Source of the DNA: Planctomycetota bacterium
GTDB lineage: Bacteria; Planctomycetota; UBA1135; UBA2386
Assembly (NCBI GenBank): GCA_947501605.1
Contig: CANMWZ010000001.1
Span: 32,001 to 96,000, forward strand
Length of the DNA stretch: 64,000 nucleotides
Direction of reading: 5' to 3'
Shown in pieces: positions 7,631 through 17,564 of the stretch. Every line of letters begins with the position of its first letter. Within the stretch, counting starts at the first letter, position 1. The notes beneath the pieces are model-generated. The model was not told where the DNA came from and did not search any database. It saw nothing but the letters and a program-made list of their open reading frames with translations. Position numbers and translations under genes: made by a program.

Positions 7631-10342
7631 GTGAGCGACGCCCACAACGCATCGACCGGGGCTCCGTGTCCGGACCACGCGATCGCGCCCGCACCGCGGC
7701 TCCGCCGCTGGCTCGCGCTGGTGCTGATCTGGCCGCTGCTGCTGTTGCTACCGTGCCTCTCCGGGGCGCGCGTGTTCCTGCCGTACGACCTAGCGCAGTA
7801 CCCGCCAGCAAGCCTGCTGGCGACCGACGAGGAAGTCTCGGCGATGCGGGCCGAGAGCAACTACGACGTGACGGAGACGCCAATCTGGTTCGTTCCCGAA
7901 CTGCAGCGGGCGCGCCACACCCTGCTCGCCGAGGGCACGCTGCCCAACTGGAACCCGACGGCGCGCACCGGGACGGCGCTGTTGCCCCACGGCCACGACG
8001 CGATCTGGTACCCGTTCACGTGGCCGTGCCTGCTGTTCTCGGACCCCTCGCGCTGGCTGGCGTGGCTCGCGCTGTGCAACCTCGCCACCGCCGGGATCGG
8101 CATGCTCGGGTTCCTCTTGGCACTCCGCCTGCACCCCGCTGCCGCCGCCTTCGGAGCCATCGCGCTGGCGATGTCGACGACGCTGAGCGCCAACGCGCAC
8201 AACTACCCGCGCCTGTCGAGTCTGGTTTGGCTGCCGAGCATGCTGTGGGCACTGCGGGTTGCGGCCGACGGCCAAGGTCGTCGCCGGGCGCGCGCGCTCT
8301 GCGGCTTTGCCGCGGCCTTTGCCCTCACCTGGCTCGGTGGCTTCCCGCCGTACGCGTTGCCGTGCTCGGCAGTAGCAATGGTCTACGGCCTCGCGCTCGC
8401 CGCAGAGGACGCCAAGACGAAGGGCCTCCACAACGGCCTGCGGCGGGCGTTGCCGCTCGCCGGAGCCGCGCTGCTCGGGGTCCTGCTGTGTGCGCACTAC
8501 CTGCTGCCGGCGTTCGCGTTCTTTGGCGAGAGCGCTCGATCCCTGGCTCCGAACCTCGATCGAATCTCGCAAACGAAGTTCGATCGTTACGGCCTCCTCG
8601 GCTGGCTGCTGCCCGATTTGTTCGGCCGGCCGGACCTGTCGACGACGCTGCCCTACGGCAATGCGCCACTGCCACTCTTGCTCGGGAATCGCACGAGTGC
8701 CAACGGCACGGTCCTGCTCCCCAACTTCAACGCCACGGAGTACGCGCTGTTCTCGGGGACGATCGTCGCCTGGCTCGCGTTGCTCGGCCTGATGGCTCGC
8801 GACGCAGCGCACCGCTGGCTGCCGCTGCTGTTGCTCGCGAGTTGCCTCGGGATGGCCTTGTTCGTGCCTGGCTTCGCCCAACTGTTTCTGTTGCCAGGCC
8901 TCCGCGTCGTGCCGCCGCTGCGCTGGCTCGGTCCGTGCGCGTTCCTCTTGGCCTGGCTCGCAGCCCAAGGCCTGCAGACGGCGCTGCGCGGTGACGCTCG
9001 CCTGCGCCTGCCGCTGGCAGCTCTGCTAGCGCTTGGAACTGCGGCCGTTGCCCTCTGGTTCTCGTTTCAGTTCGACGATGGCGATGTGTTTCGACACTGG
9101 CGCATTGCCGAGCAGCTCGCCGCTCACTTCGGTTCCACGGCACCCGATCCGGCGAGCATCACACCGGAGCGCATCGAACAACTGGTACTGCGCGGTCCTG
9201 GCGGCGACTACGCCGCGAACGGCGCCGCCCTGGCGGCAGTCGCGACGCAGCGGGCTGCCGCACTTCACTTCCTGGCGGGCCTCGCGCTGCTGTGGCTGTG
9301 GCGAACGCGAAGCCATGACCGCCGAGCGCGATGGTTGCCGTTTGCCCTGGCCGCTGTGATCACGTTGACCGGCGTCGATCTGTGGCTTGCCGACCGCACC
9401 TTCGACCGCGGCATCGCCAGGCCGCACCACGAGCGCACCGAGGTGCACGACTTCCTCGTTGCCGAGCGCGCGGCGACCGCGACTACCGGCGGCTTCATGA
9501 TCGCGCGCGCAGCACCGACCACGCTGGCGACCGAGTTGCCCGAGCCAAGCCAATTGCCACCGGGCACGCTGGGCCCTGAGGGCATTCGGGACCTGCAGGC
9601 CTACACCTACTTCGACAGTCGCTCGATCCAACCGTGGACCGCGCTGCTGAGCAAATCGCTCGGCGACGACGCCGGCCTCGGCATCACCGGCAAGGGCTAC
9701 TTGACCGCGTGTCTGCCCGACGACCCCCTAGTGCTGGCCAGTCCACTTCTCGACCTTTTTGGCATCCGCTACGTGCTGAGCACGTCGCCGCTGCAGCACG
9801 GCGGGCAGCGCACCGGACCGCAGTTGCGCAGCGCCCGCGGTGAGTTCTTCCTCTACCAACGGGCAACCGCACTCCCACGCGCCTTTGTCGTCGGTTCGCT
9901 GCAGCAGTTCGATCGCGACGCCGACGTGATCGCGGCCATGGTGGAAGAGGGCTTCACTCCACGGCTGACGGCACTGGCGCAGCGCGCGGACACCAGCACC
10001 ATCGATGCGGCGACCCTCGACGCGGCAGCTTCGCAGCGCAGCGTGCGTTTCGTCCGCGACCATGCCGTCGACATCGAGATCGCGATCGGGGACGGGCCGG
10101 CTGGACTGCTCGTGCTGTGCGATACGTTCTTCCCCGGTTGGACCGCCAGCGTCGATGGCACCGATGTGCCGGTCGCACGAGTGGACCACAGCATGCGCGG
10201 CGTGATGGTGCCTGCCGGGGCACACACCGTTCGATTCCGCTACACGGCCGCGCGCCAGCAACTGGGTCTCGCCCTGTTCGGGATCGGCCTTGCGGTCCTC
10301 GTTATCACGCTGCGGCGATCGCGAAGCTCAAGACTGGCCTGA
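7631..10342 (+). CDS. YfhO-family GT-C membrane protein
   Basis: LPNWNPTARTGTALL, many TM helices, C-terminal ALPRAF..LLVLCDTFFPGWTASVDG..VPAGAHTVRFRY; start uncertain (GTG 7631). Confidence 0.82.
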   Translation: MSDAHNASTGAPCPDHAIAPAPRLRRWLALVLIWPLLLLLPCLSGARVFLPYDLAQYPPASLLATDEEVSAMRAESNYDVTETPIWFVPELQRARHTLLAEGTLPNWNPTARTGTALLPHGHDAIWYPFTWPCLLFSDPSRWLAWLALCNLATAGIGMLGFLLALRLHPAAAAFGAIALAMSTTLSANAHNYPRLSSLVWLPSMLWALRVAADGQGRRRARALCGFAAAFALTWLGGFPPYALPCSAVAMVYGLALAAEDAKTKGLHNGLRRALPLAGAALLGVLLCAHYLLPAFAFFGESARSLAPNLDRISQTKFDRYGLLGWLLPDLFGRPDLSTTLPYGNAPLPLLLGNRTSANGTVLLPNFNATEYALFSGTIVAWLALLGLMARDAAHRWLPLLLLASCLGMALFVPGFAQLFLLPGLRVVPPLRWLGPCAFLLAWLAAQGLQTALRGDARLRLPLAALLALGTAAVALWFSFQFDDGDVFRHWRIAEQLAAHFGSTAPDPASITPERIEQLVLRGPGGDYAANGAALAAVATQRAAALHFLAGLALLWLWRTRSHDRRARWLPFALAAVITLTGVDLWLADRTFDRGIARPHHERTEVHDFLVAERAATATTGGFMIARAAPTTLATELPEPSQLPPGTLGPEGIRDLQAYTYFDSRSIQPWTALLSKSLGDDAGLGITGKGYLTACLPDDPLVLASPLLDLFGIRYVLSTSPLQHGGQRTGPQLRSARGEFFLYQRATALPRAFVVGSLQQFDRDADVIAAMVEEGFTPRLTALAQRADTSTIDAATLDAAASQRSVRFVRDHAVDIEIAIGDGPAGLLVLCDTFFPGWTASVDGTDVPVARVDHSMRGVMVPAGAHTVRFRYTAARQQLGLALFGIGLAVLVITLRRSRSSRLA

Positions 10343-10451
10343 GCTTCCGTCGACACTTCGACGTGATCTCACGTGCTCGCGCGGATTCGACCCGTGGTTG
10401 CCGCGCGCAGCCGGGACGCGCTCGTCAACGGACTGACGGGGGCCGCCGCTC

Positions 10452-12377
10452 GTGAGCATGTTCGGCAGCGGCCGCCGCGAAGGGGTCATCACCGTACTCG
10501 GCCTTTGCGTCGCGGCGTTGACCGTCCATGCCGTCGGCACGTTGACGGGCCTGAGCGATGGCTTTGAAGGCGACCAGGTGCTGGCGCGCGGCATGGAGGC
10601 GGCGCATCGGGTCGCGGCAGACGGCAACGTGCCGCTCTGGGACCCCGCAGGCGCCGGTGCCCCGCTGTGGGCCGGCGGTGCGGAGATGCTCTACCCGCCA
10701 TGGTGGCTGCTCGGCCGCGGCCACGACGAATTCTGGCTGCCGGTCCTGGTTGCACTGCACGCGATGCTCGCCTGTGCCTTCGGGTTCCGTTTCCTCCGTG
10801 CCCAGGGTCGCAGTCGCTACTCCTCGTTCGTCTGTGGTGCCGCCTATGGGCTCGGGGCGCACACCGGTCACCTGTCGGCCAACCTCCCCGAACTGGCGGC
10901 ACTGGCGTTCGCACCATTGGCACTCGAGATCTTGCAGCGCATCGTGCGGGGCGAGCGGCAGCGTCATGTTGCACCGTTGCTCGGGCCGGCGTTGACCATC
11001 CCTTTCTGGACTGGCGGCGTCGCGACCGCGGCGTGCACATCGGCGCTGGTCGGCGTCTGGCTGTTTGCTTACGCGATCCACGAACGCCACCGACGCGGCC
11101 GGCTGCTGCTCATCGGCGCCAGCACGACGGCGGTCGTCGCGCTGCTGACGGCCCCAATGTGGCTCGGAGCGATCGAGATGCCAAGCCACTCGATCACGCA
11201 ACCTCACAACCCGGAGTTGCTGCAGACGGTCCGGCGCGTGGTCGGGCCGCTGCTGCTGTTCTTCGCGATCCTGGGCGCGCTGCGCCGCCAACGCAGTGCC
11301 TCGACGTTCCGCTGGCTCGCGTTTGCCGGCATCGGCGCCGCCATCGCGTTGCTGCTGCCGCTCGTACCAACGAAGTTCGTGGCTGCGACCCTGTGGCAGC
11401 GCGAGCCCGACGCGTTCTGGTGGCCGGTGCACTTCGCGCTCGTCCTGCTCGCCAGCAACGGCCTTGACGACTTCCTCGATCTGCCGCTCCGCCGCCGCGC
11501 AGCCACGGCCTGGACCATGGTGTTCGCGACCGGCATCGCACCACTCGGCTTCGTGCTCGGCGAACGTGCGGCTTCGTTCCAGGTCGAGGCCGCGGTCTTG
11601 TTCGCGCTGGCGATGCTGTTCGCCATGTGGCGCTACCTTGGCATACTTCGCTTCAAGACCGTGGTCGCAAGCGCGGCGCTCATGTGGCTCGCCGCGGCGA
11701 CGCTCCACGAACAGGCGCGCGCCGTCCGCGCGCCGCTGCCGATGTCGGCGCTGCCGATGTTCGGCTCGCACGAAGATCGTCCCGGCGCCCCCGCGGTCGA
11801 GACCGACCCACTGTCGCCGCTGGAACAACCGCGCGCACGAATCGCCTTCGACCTGTTTGCCGCCGACGACGAAGCCCGCAGCGCAGCAAAAGCACGCCCG
11901 ACTCTCGGCACAGGTCTGCGGGGCTTGCCCGCCGACTTCGTGTCTTTGGCCGTCGTTGACGCGCGGGTCGAGCAGGTCTTCGAAGGCAATGCGGTCAGTG
12001 AGTACCGCGTGACAATGCGGCGGGGACGGGGAGCACTGATCGTGAACGACACCTGGACGCCAGGTTGGCGCGCGACAGTCGATGGCGTCCCGACTCCGCT
12101 ACTGGCGACCTCGCTGGGGGCTCGAGCGGTGCTGTTGGACGGCGGCACGCACACGGTCCACTTCGACTACCAACCGCGAGCTCTCTACATCGGCGTGCCA
12201 CTCGGCATCGTCGGCGGCTCCTTTGCACTGCTCTGGTTCTTGGTCGCATTCACGCGGCGCGTGGTCTCATCGCGCAAGAACGTCGAGAAGGGGCGCCTCA
12301 AGCAGAAGGTCAGAAGGCCACCGACCGCAGCCAAGCCCGCCATGGCAACAAAGGCCATCGACGGATCGATCTCGTAG
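10452..12377 (+). CDS. YfhO-like membrane protein (shorter paralog)
   Basis: VPLWDPAGAGAPLW..LYPP, TM helices, LIVNDTWTPGWRATVDG..GGTHTVHFDYQP. Confidence 0.75.
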   Translation: MSMFGSGRREGVITVLGLCVAALTVHAVGTLTGLSDGFEGDQVLARGMEAAHRVAADGNVPLWDPAGAGAPLWAGGAEMLYPPWWLLGRGHDEFWLPVLVALHAMLACAFGFRFLRAQGRSRYSSFVCGAAYGLGAHTGHLSANLPELAALAFAPLALEILQRIVRGERQRHVAPLLGPALTIPFWTGGVATAACTSALVGVWLFAYAIHERHRRGRLLLIGASTTAVVALLTAPMWLGAIEMPSHSITQPHNPELLQTVRRVVGPLLLFFAILGALRRQRSASTFRWLAFAGIGAAIALLLPLVPTKFVAATLWQREPDAFWWPVHFALVLLASNGLDDFLDLPLRRRAATAWTMVFATGIAPLGFVLGERAASFQVEAAVLFALAMLFAMWRYLGILRFKTVVASAALMWLAAATLHEQARAVRAPLPMSALPMFGSHEDRPGAPAVETDPLSPLEQPRARIAFDLFAADDEARSAAKARPTLGTGLRGLPADFVSLAVVDARVEQVFEGNAVSEYRVTMRRGRGALIVNDTWTPGWRATVDGVPTPLLATSLGARAVLLDGGTHTVHFDYQPRALYIGVPLGIVGGSFALLWFLVAFTRRVVSSRKNVEKGRLKQKVRRPPTAAKPAMATKAIDGSIS

Positions 12378-13459
12378 ACCTCGCCAGCGATCAGGGTCCC
12401 GGCGGCCATGCCGATGCCGCTGCTGAAAGCACCGAGCAGACCTTGGGCCGTCGCTTGCAACTCCGGCTGCACCCGGCGGCGCAAGAACTGCAGTGCGCCC
12501 AGATAGGTGACGCCGAAGCTGATCGCGTGCAGCCAGTTGATCGAGGCGATCGCCCACGGCGACACCATGACGGCGAGCAGCAGCCAACGCACCACCGCGC
12601 CGCACATGCCGATCAACAACAGGGTCGTCGGTCGCAACCGCTCCGCCAGGTCGCGAACAAAGAAGAACAGTACGATCTCGGCGACGACGCCTTCGGCCCA
12701 CAGCAGACCGGCCGTGCCCTCGTCGATGCCAAAGGTCCGCCAGTGCAGAGTCGACAGCGCGTAGTAGCCACCGTGGCTGCCTTGCAGCAAGCCGTTGGCG
12801 AGAAAGAACAGCACGAACGACTTGTCCGACAGCATCTGCGCCACCGGCGCGCGCTGGTTTACATTCGGCTGGCGGACAACGCGAGGCAGTCGCAGCGCGA
12901 ACACCCACGAGACGGCGAGCAGGACCAAAATGACCGCGTGGATCGCGGAGCTCGGCCACCAGCGCAGCAACCAACCCCCGGTAACGATCACGCAAAGGAA
13001 CGAGATCGAGCCCCAGACCCGGACCCGCGTGTAGCGAAACCCGTGCTCGCGCGCCGTCTCGATCGCCAGGTTGTCGAGCACAGAGTGCAGCGGTGGGTAG
13101 GTGCTGCCGTAGAGCACGCAGCACAAGAACAGCGGCCACAGCCCGCGCGCGAAATCGAAGCACGCGAACGCGACCACACTGAGGAAGGACAGCAGCACGA
13201 CCATCGCCGTCGGCCGACCGTTGCGGTCGACTCGCTGGCTGAGCAGTGGCCCCGCGACCGTGCGAGCAAAAATCTGACCCGACTGCGCCTGGGTGACCTC
13301 GCGGTGCGACAGCCCCCCCACGTCGTGCAACCAGACGGGAAAGAACTGCATGTAGATCCCCAGCGCCGCGTAGGTCGCGGCATAGAACGCCGCGAGTCGC
13401 GAGAACGGGCTCTTGGTCGGGGGAACGGGTGCGGGCGTGTCGATCCGCGCATCGGACAT
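12185..13459 (-). CDS. MFS transporter (HcaT/nucleoside:H+ symporter-like)
   Basis: YTRVRVWGSISF, LLWAEGVVAEIVLF, LHAISFG, ATAQGL; about 12 TM segments. Confidence 0.88.
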   Translation of the reverse strand: MSDARIDTPAPVPPTKSPFSRLAAFYAATYAALGIYMQFFPVWLHDVGGLSHREVTQAQSGQIFARTVAGPLLSQRVDRNGRPTAMVVLLSFLSVVAFACFDFARGLWPLFLCCVLYGSTYPPLHSVLDNLAIETAREHGFRYTRVRVWGSISFLCVIVTGGWLLRWWPSSAIHAVILVLLAVSWVFALRLPRVVRQPNVNQRAPVAQMLSDKSFVLFFLANGLLQGSHGGYYALSTLHWRTFGIDEGTAGLLWAEGVVAEIVLFFFVRDLAERLRPTTLLLIGMCGAVVRWLLLAVMVSPWAIASINWLHAISFGVTYLGALQFLRRRVQPELQATAQGLLGAFSSGIGMAAGTLIAGEVYEIDPSMAFVAMAGLAAVGGLLTFCLRRPFSTFLRDETTRRVNATKNQSSAKEPPTMPSGTPM

Positions 13460-13523
13460 CAGCACGACAGTCGGCGCCACGTTGTTGTCGCCAGCGCTCC
13501 CGCTCGTGATGATGCGCGCCGCC

Positions 13524-13611
13524 GCGGGGGTGGCGGAACGGCAGACGCAGCGGACTTAAAATCCGCAGGCCGGCAACGGCCGTGAGGGTTCGACTCCCTC
13601 TCCCCGCACCA
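13524..13611 (+). tRNA. tRNA-Leu (anticodon TAA)
   Basis: Acceptor GCGGGGG/TCCCCGC, D-loop TGGCGGAACGGCAGACGC, anticodon arm GCGGA-CTTAAAA-TCCGC, long variable arm GGCCG-GCAA-CGGCC, GTTCGA T-loop, encoded CCA. Confidence 0.97.
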
Positions 13612-13638
13612 CTTGGCGCATCGCAGAATCGTCGCGAG

Positions 13639-14046
13639 TCAGGCGTCGTGGAAGCCGAGGGCCACCAGAACGCAACTGCCGTCATCGATCACGTGCAAGC
13701 CCGCCGCCCTCGCCGTCGCCGATGCGTCCGCCGCTTCCGCTCCCGGCTGGAACCACAAGTACTGGATGCCGCGGGCGATCGCGTCACTGACGATCGCCGC
13801 GGCGGCCGCTGGGGGTGCGACGACCGACGCGGCGTTCACGGTTGTCGGCACCAAGCGCAGCGAAGCAAAGACCTGCTGACCTTCGACCTCGATGCCCTTC
13901 TGATTGACGGCTACGACCGGCTGCGCGTGCTGCAGATAACAGCGCAGCACCTTGTTGCCGTACTTCTCGCGATCGGTCGAGGCGCCGACGACGGCGAAGG
14001 AACCCTGGGCGAGAAACGCTGCGATGTCGACCCGATGCCGCTTCAT
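13639..14046 (-). CDS. CoA-binding protein (YccU-like)
   Basis: FAVVGASTDREKYGNKV, LWFQPGAE, C-terminal CVLVAL; start uncertain. Confidence 0.88.
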   Translation of the reverse strand: MKRHRVDIAAFLAQGSFAVVGASTDREKYGNKVLRCYLQHAQPVVAVNQKGIEVEGQQVFASLRLVPTTVNAASVVAPPAAAAAIVSDAIARGIQYLWFQPGAEAADASATARAAGLHVIDDGSCVLVALGFHDA

Positions 14047-14114
14047 GGCGACCATCAAACCAACGCGAGCGCCAAATGCGAGCAGCCGATAGCCATCGCT
14101 ATGCTGCGCTGACC

Positions 14115-15788
14115 ATGGCTGTCGATGCGAAGATCCCCCGCGGTTCGCGCCGCGCGTTCCTCCTCGGCGCCGGCGCCTTGACCGCGCCGGCAATGCTCCC
14201 CAGCAGCACCGATAGGCCAAACGGCGAACCCGAAGACATGCAGGCCGTGGCCCGCCTCGCCAATCTGCAATTCAGCGACGCCGAGTGTCAGCTCGCGAGC
14301 GGCCGACTGAAGGACCAGCGCCAGGAGATCACGGCGCTGCGCCGCACCCCCATCCCGTTCGAGCTGTCGCCGTGCGCGTCGTTTGAGCCCGTGCCTCTTG
14401 GACAACCGCTGCCGCGTGCGGGCAAGGGCATGACGTGGACGCCGGCCGCAGACCTTGAACCGCCGGTCGACGACGACGAAATCGCATTCGCCGAGGTGCC
14501 ACAGCTTGCGGCCTGGTTGCGGACCGGCGACGTCACTTCGCGCCGCCTGACCGAACTGTCTCTCGCGCGGCTTCAGCAACACGATCCGCGACTGCACTGC
14601 GTGATCACACTGCTGCGCGAGGAAGCCCTGCGTACCGCAGACGAACGCGACGAGGAGCTGCGCCTCGGCAAGGCGCGATCGCCGTTGCACGGGATCCCTT
14701 ACGGCGCCAAGGACCTGTTCGCCTGGCCGGGGGCGCCGACGACCTTCGGTGCTGGCCCCTACCGCAACCACGTCTGGGACCTGCGCGCGACCGCGCTGCA
14801 CAAGCTGCACGAGGCCGGCGCCGTGCTGGTCGCCAAGCTGTCGCTCGGCGCGCTGGCGATGGGCGATCTCTGGCATGGCGGCCGAACCCGCAACCCGTGG
14901 AACCCGGACGAAGGCTCGAGCGGGTCCTCGGCCGGTTCGGCGAGCGCCGTCGCCGCCGGCCTCGTGCCCTTCGCCCTCGGCACCGAGACGTTGGGATCGA
15001 TCGTATCGCCCTGTCGACAGTGCGGCGTCGGCGGTCTGCGCCCGACGTTCGGCGCAATCTCGCGGCACGGCGCGATGCCGTTGTCGTGGACGATGGACAA
15101 GGTCGGCCCGATCGCACGTTCGGCGTTGAGCCTCGGCCTCGTCTTCGACGCGATCCGCGGCCGCGACGACAAGGACCCGTCGGCGCGCGATGCGACGTTT
15201 GCGTTCGACCCGGAGCGCAGCCTCGCGGGCCTGAAGGTCGGCGTGGTGACCGATGGCGGCAGATGGCGCGACGAAGACCGAGCCTTCGTGAAGTGGCTCG
15301 AAGGCCACTGCGGCGCGGCCAAGCCCGTCACCCTGCCGCGCGCGCCCTACGGTTCAATGCTGTTGATGCTGCACGCAGAATCGGCGGCGGCCTTCGACGA
15401 GTTGCTGCGGGCGGGCAAGCTCGGCGAGTTGCCGGGCCAAGACGAAGGCGACTGGCCCAACCAGTTTCGCGCCGCCCGCTGCATCCCGGCGGCGGACTAC
15501 CTGCAGGCGAGCCGGCTGCGCACCCAGTTGATCCACGACATGGCGGCGGTCATGGCGGGCATCGATGTCCTGGTGGCACCGACGCACGGCGGCGCGACGA
15601 TGACGTGCACCAACTTGACCGGCCATCCAACCCTGGTGCTGCCCGTCGGCAGCAGCGACCTGGAGAAGGGCCGACCGACGGTTCTGGGCCTCACCGGTGG
15701 GCTGTACGGCGAGGCGGCGCTCCTTCACGTCGCCGCCTCCTGGCAGCGCGAGACGGACTGGCACAGGCGGCGGCCGACGCTGCAGTAA
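14115..15788 (+). CDS. Amidase-signature family enzyme, probably Tat-exported
   Basis: SRRAFL twin-arginine motif; SPLHGIPYGAKD, GSSGSSAGSA, GTETLGSI (Lys-Ser-Ser triad). Confidence 0.92.
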   Translation: MAVDAKIPRGSRRAFLLGAGALTAPAMLPSSTDRPNGEPEDMQAVARLANLQFSDAECQLASGRLKDQRQEITALRRTPIPFELSPCASFEPVPLGQPLPRAGKGMTWTPAADLEPPVDDDEIAFAEVPQLAAWLRTGDVTSRRLTELSLARLQQHDPRLHCVITLLREEALRTADERDEELRLGKARSPLHGIPYGAKDLFAWPGAPTTFGAGPYRNHVWDLRATALHKLHEAGAVLVAKLSLGALAMGDLWHGGRTRNPWNPDEGSSGSSAGSASAVAAGLVPFALGTETLGSIVSPCRQCGVGGLRPTFGAISRHGAMPLSWTMDKVGPIARSALSLGLVFDAIRGRDDKDPSARDATFAFDPERSLAGLKVGVVTDGGRWRDEDRAFVKWLEGHCGAAKPVTLPRAPYGSMLLMLHAESAAAFDELLRAGKLGELPGQDEGDWPNQFRAARCIPAADYLQASRLRTQLIHDMAAVMAGIDVLVAPTHGGATMTCTNLTGHPTLVLPVGSSDLEKGRPTVLGLTGGLYGEAALLHVAASWQRETDWHRRRPTLQ

Positions 15789-15875
15789 GCGCCTTCGAAC
15801 CGGCCGCCAAAAGCACTCCGTGCTCACGTTCCTTGCAGCTGGCGGCGTAGCGTGCTGCGCTCCGTGACCCCAGCG

Positions 15876-16901
15876 ATGCAACCCGACGCGCCCTTGCCCC
15901 CCATCGCGATGTCGACGCCAGTCGTCGCCGCCGATCCTTCACCCGCGCAGAGCCGCCACCGTCGTCTCGCCGCGTTCGGCATCGCCGCAGCCTCGCTGCT
16001 CATGGTCCGCTGTGCAACCGCGCCGCCGGTGCGCGAGTTCGATGAGATCACCGCCGCCGGCCAGAGCTTCCACACCGGCACGCCGATCGTGCGGTGGGAC
16101 GACCAAGGCGGCTACGACGCCTACCAGACGCAGAAGCGCTTCCAGACCGACGAACCGCCCGACGGCAAGATGCGCTACCGCAAGGTGCGCGCCAACCTGC
16201 CCGCCGCCCTCGAAGCGAGCGTGATGGCGCGCGGCTTCACGCTCGACGAACTGCGCTCGGTCGTGCACGTGTTCGTGCTGCACTTCGATGTCGCCGGCAC
16301 CTCACGCCAGTGTTTCAAGATCCTGCAAGATGTGCGCAACCTGTCGGTGCACTTCATGCTCGACACCGACGGCACGATCTACCAAACCCTCGACCTGCAG
16401 GAACAGGCGCACCACGCGACCTATGCCAACTGCTACTCGATCGGCATCGAGATCGCGCACCCAGGCTGTTGGCCGCGTGAACGGCACCCCGACATGCTGC
16501 GGTGGTACGACAAAGACGAGCAGGGCTGGTTCATGAAGTTCCCAGCGTTCCTCGGCGAGACCGGGATTCGCACGAATGGCTTCGTGCCGCGCCCCGATCG
16601 CCCCGACGTGATCGCCGGTGTGATTCACGGCAAGACCTACTACCAGCTCGACTTCACCAACCAGCAATACGGCGCGCTCGCTCGGCTGTGCGCGACACTG
16701 CACCGTTTGTTTCCGCGTATCCAGCTCGACGCGCCGCGCGACCCCAACGGCGCGATCCTGACCACCAACCTCGCACCGGAGCAAATGGCGACCTTTGAGG
16801 GCATCGTCGGCCACTTCCATGTGCAGGCGAACAAGCAGGACCCGGGCCCTGCGTTCCAGTGGGAACGCCTGCTGCGCGAAGCGCGCGCGCTCGCGGAGTG
16901 A
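15876..16901 (+). CDS. N-acetylmuramoyl-L-alanine amidase (Amidase_2), exported
   Basis: FVLHFD, LSVHFMLDTDGTIYQ, AHHA..N..SIGIEI, GHFHV..KQDPGPAF; hydrophobic N-terminus ending VRC. Confidence 0.88.
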   Translation: MQPDAPLPPIAMSTPVVAADPSPAQSRHRRLAAFGIAAASLLMVRCATAPPVREFDEITAAGQSFHTGTPIVRWDDQGGYDAYQTQKRFQTDEPPDGKMRYRKVRANLPAALEASVMARGFTLDELRSVVHVFVLHFDVAGTSRQCFKILQDVRNLSVHFMLDTDGTIYQTLDLQEQAHHATYANCYSIGIEIAHPGCWPRERHPDMLRWYDKDEQGWFMKFPAFLGETGIRTNGFVPRPDRPDVIAGVIHGKTYYQLDFTNQQYGALARLCATLHRLFPRIQLDAPRDPNGAILTTNLAPEQMATFEGIVGHFHVQANKQDPGPAFQWERLLREARALAE

Positions 16902-16908
16902 GGCTGGC

Positions 16909-17409
16909 TTGGCCCTTGATGCAGCGTTGGCCTGCCGCAGCATCAGCGCGCGCGACGACCACGCCATCGCGGCGGTCATCCGCGACGTGATGACCGAACA
17001 CGGCTGTTCGGGCCCGGGCTTTTCGATCCACGACCCCGAAGTAGCGGCAATGAGCGCGGCCTACCAGAGTCACGAGAGCCGCTACGTCGTCGTCGAGCAC
17101 CTCGGCGAAGTGGTCGGCGGCGGCGGCTTTGCGAGGCTTCCGGGGTCGGCGCTCGCGGAGGCGACGTGCGAGTTGCGCACGATGTACTTCCGCTCCGTCG
17201 CGCGCGGCCGCGGTCTTGGCGCCGAACTGCTGCAGCACTTGCGGAGAGCGATGCGCGAGGCGGGCTATCGCCGTTGCTACCTCGAAACGACGACGCCAAT
17301 GCACGCTGCCCAAAAACTCTACCGGCGCGCCGACTTCGCCGAACGCTGCGGCTCGATGAGCAACACCGGCCACCACGGCTGCGATCGGTTCTTCCACCGA
17401 GAACTGTGA
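16909..17409 (+). CDS. GNAT N-acetyltransferase (YjgM-like)
   Basis: IAAVIRDVMTEHG, VVGGGG, CELRTMYF..RGRGLG, CYLETT..AQKLY; TTG start inferred. Confidence 0.85.
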   Translation: MALDAALACRSISARDDHAIAAVIRDVMTEHGCSGPGFSIHDPEVAAMSAAYQSHESRYVVVEHLGEVVGGGGFARLPGSALAEATCELRTMYFRSVARGRGLGAELLQHLRRAMREAGYRRCYLETTTPMHAAQKLYRRADFAERCGSMSNTGHHGCDRFFHREL

Positions 17410-17564
17410 GGCTGTGACGGCTAGGTTCGACTAGGCCTTGCGCCGCTGGCAATGGACCTTTGGGTAGCCCTTCTGGCGGTGCGGACTAGATCGGGTGAAG
17501 ACGCTCGCAAGACGGAGTCGGCTGCTGGCCGAAGAACCGTCGAGAACGAGTTGCTGCACCGCTG

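Noticed and set aside
6859..8994. 711-aa plus-strand ORF and similar Arg/Ala/Pro-rich long ORFs (e.g. 19526-21529, 18302-19972, 56125-57672)
   Set aside because: Off-frame or antisense to well-supported genes; low-complexity translation typical of GC-rich non-coding frames
13524..13700. tRNA as an integration site for an island or prophage
   Set aside because: No integrase, no duplicated tRNA 3' end noticed, and ordinary genes follow
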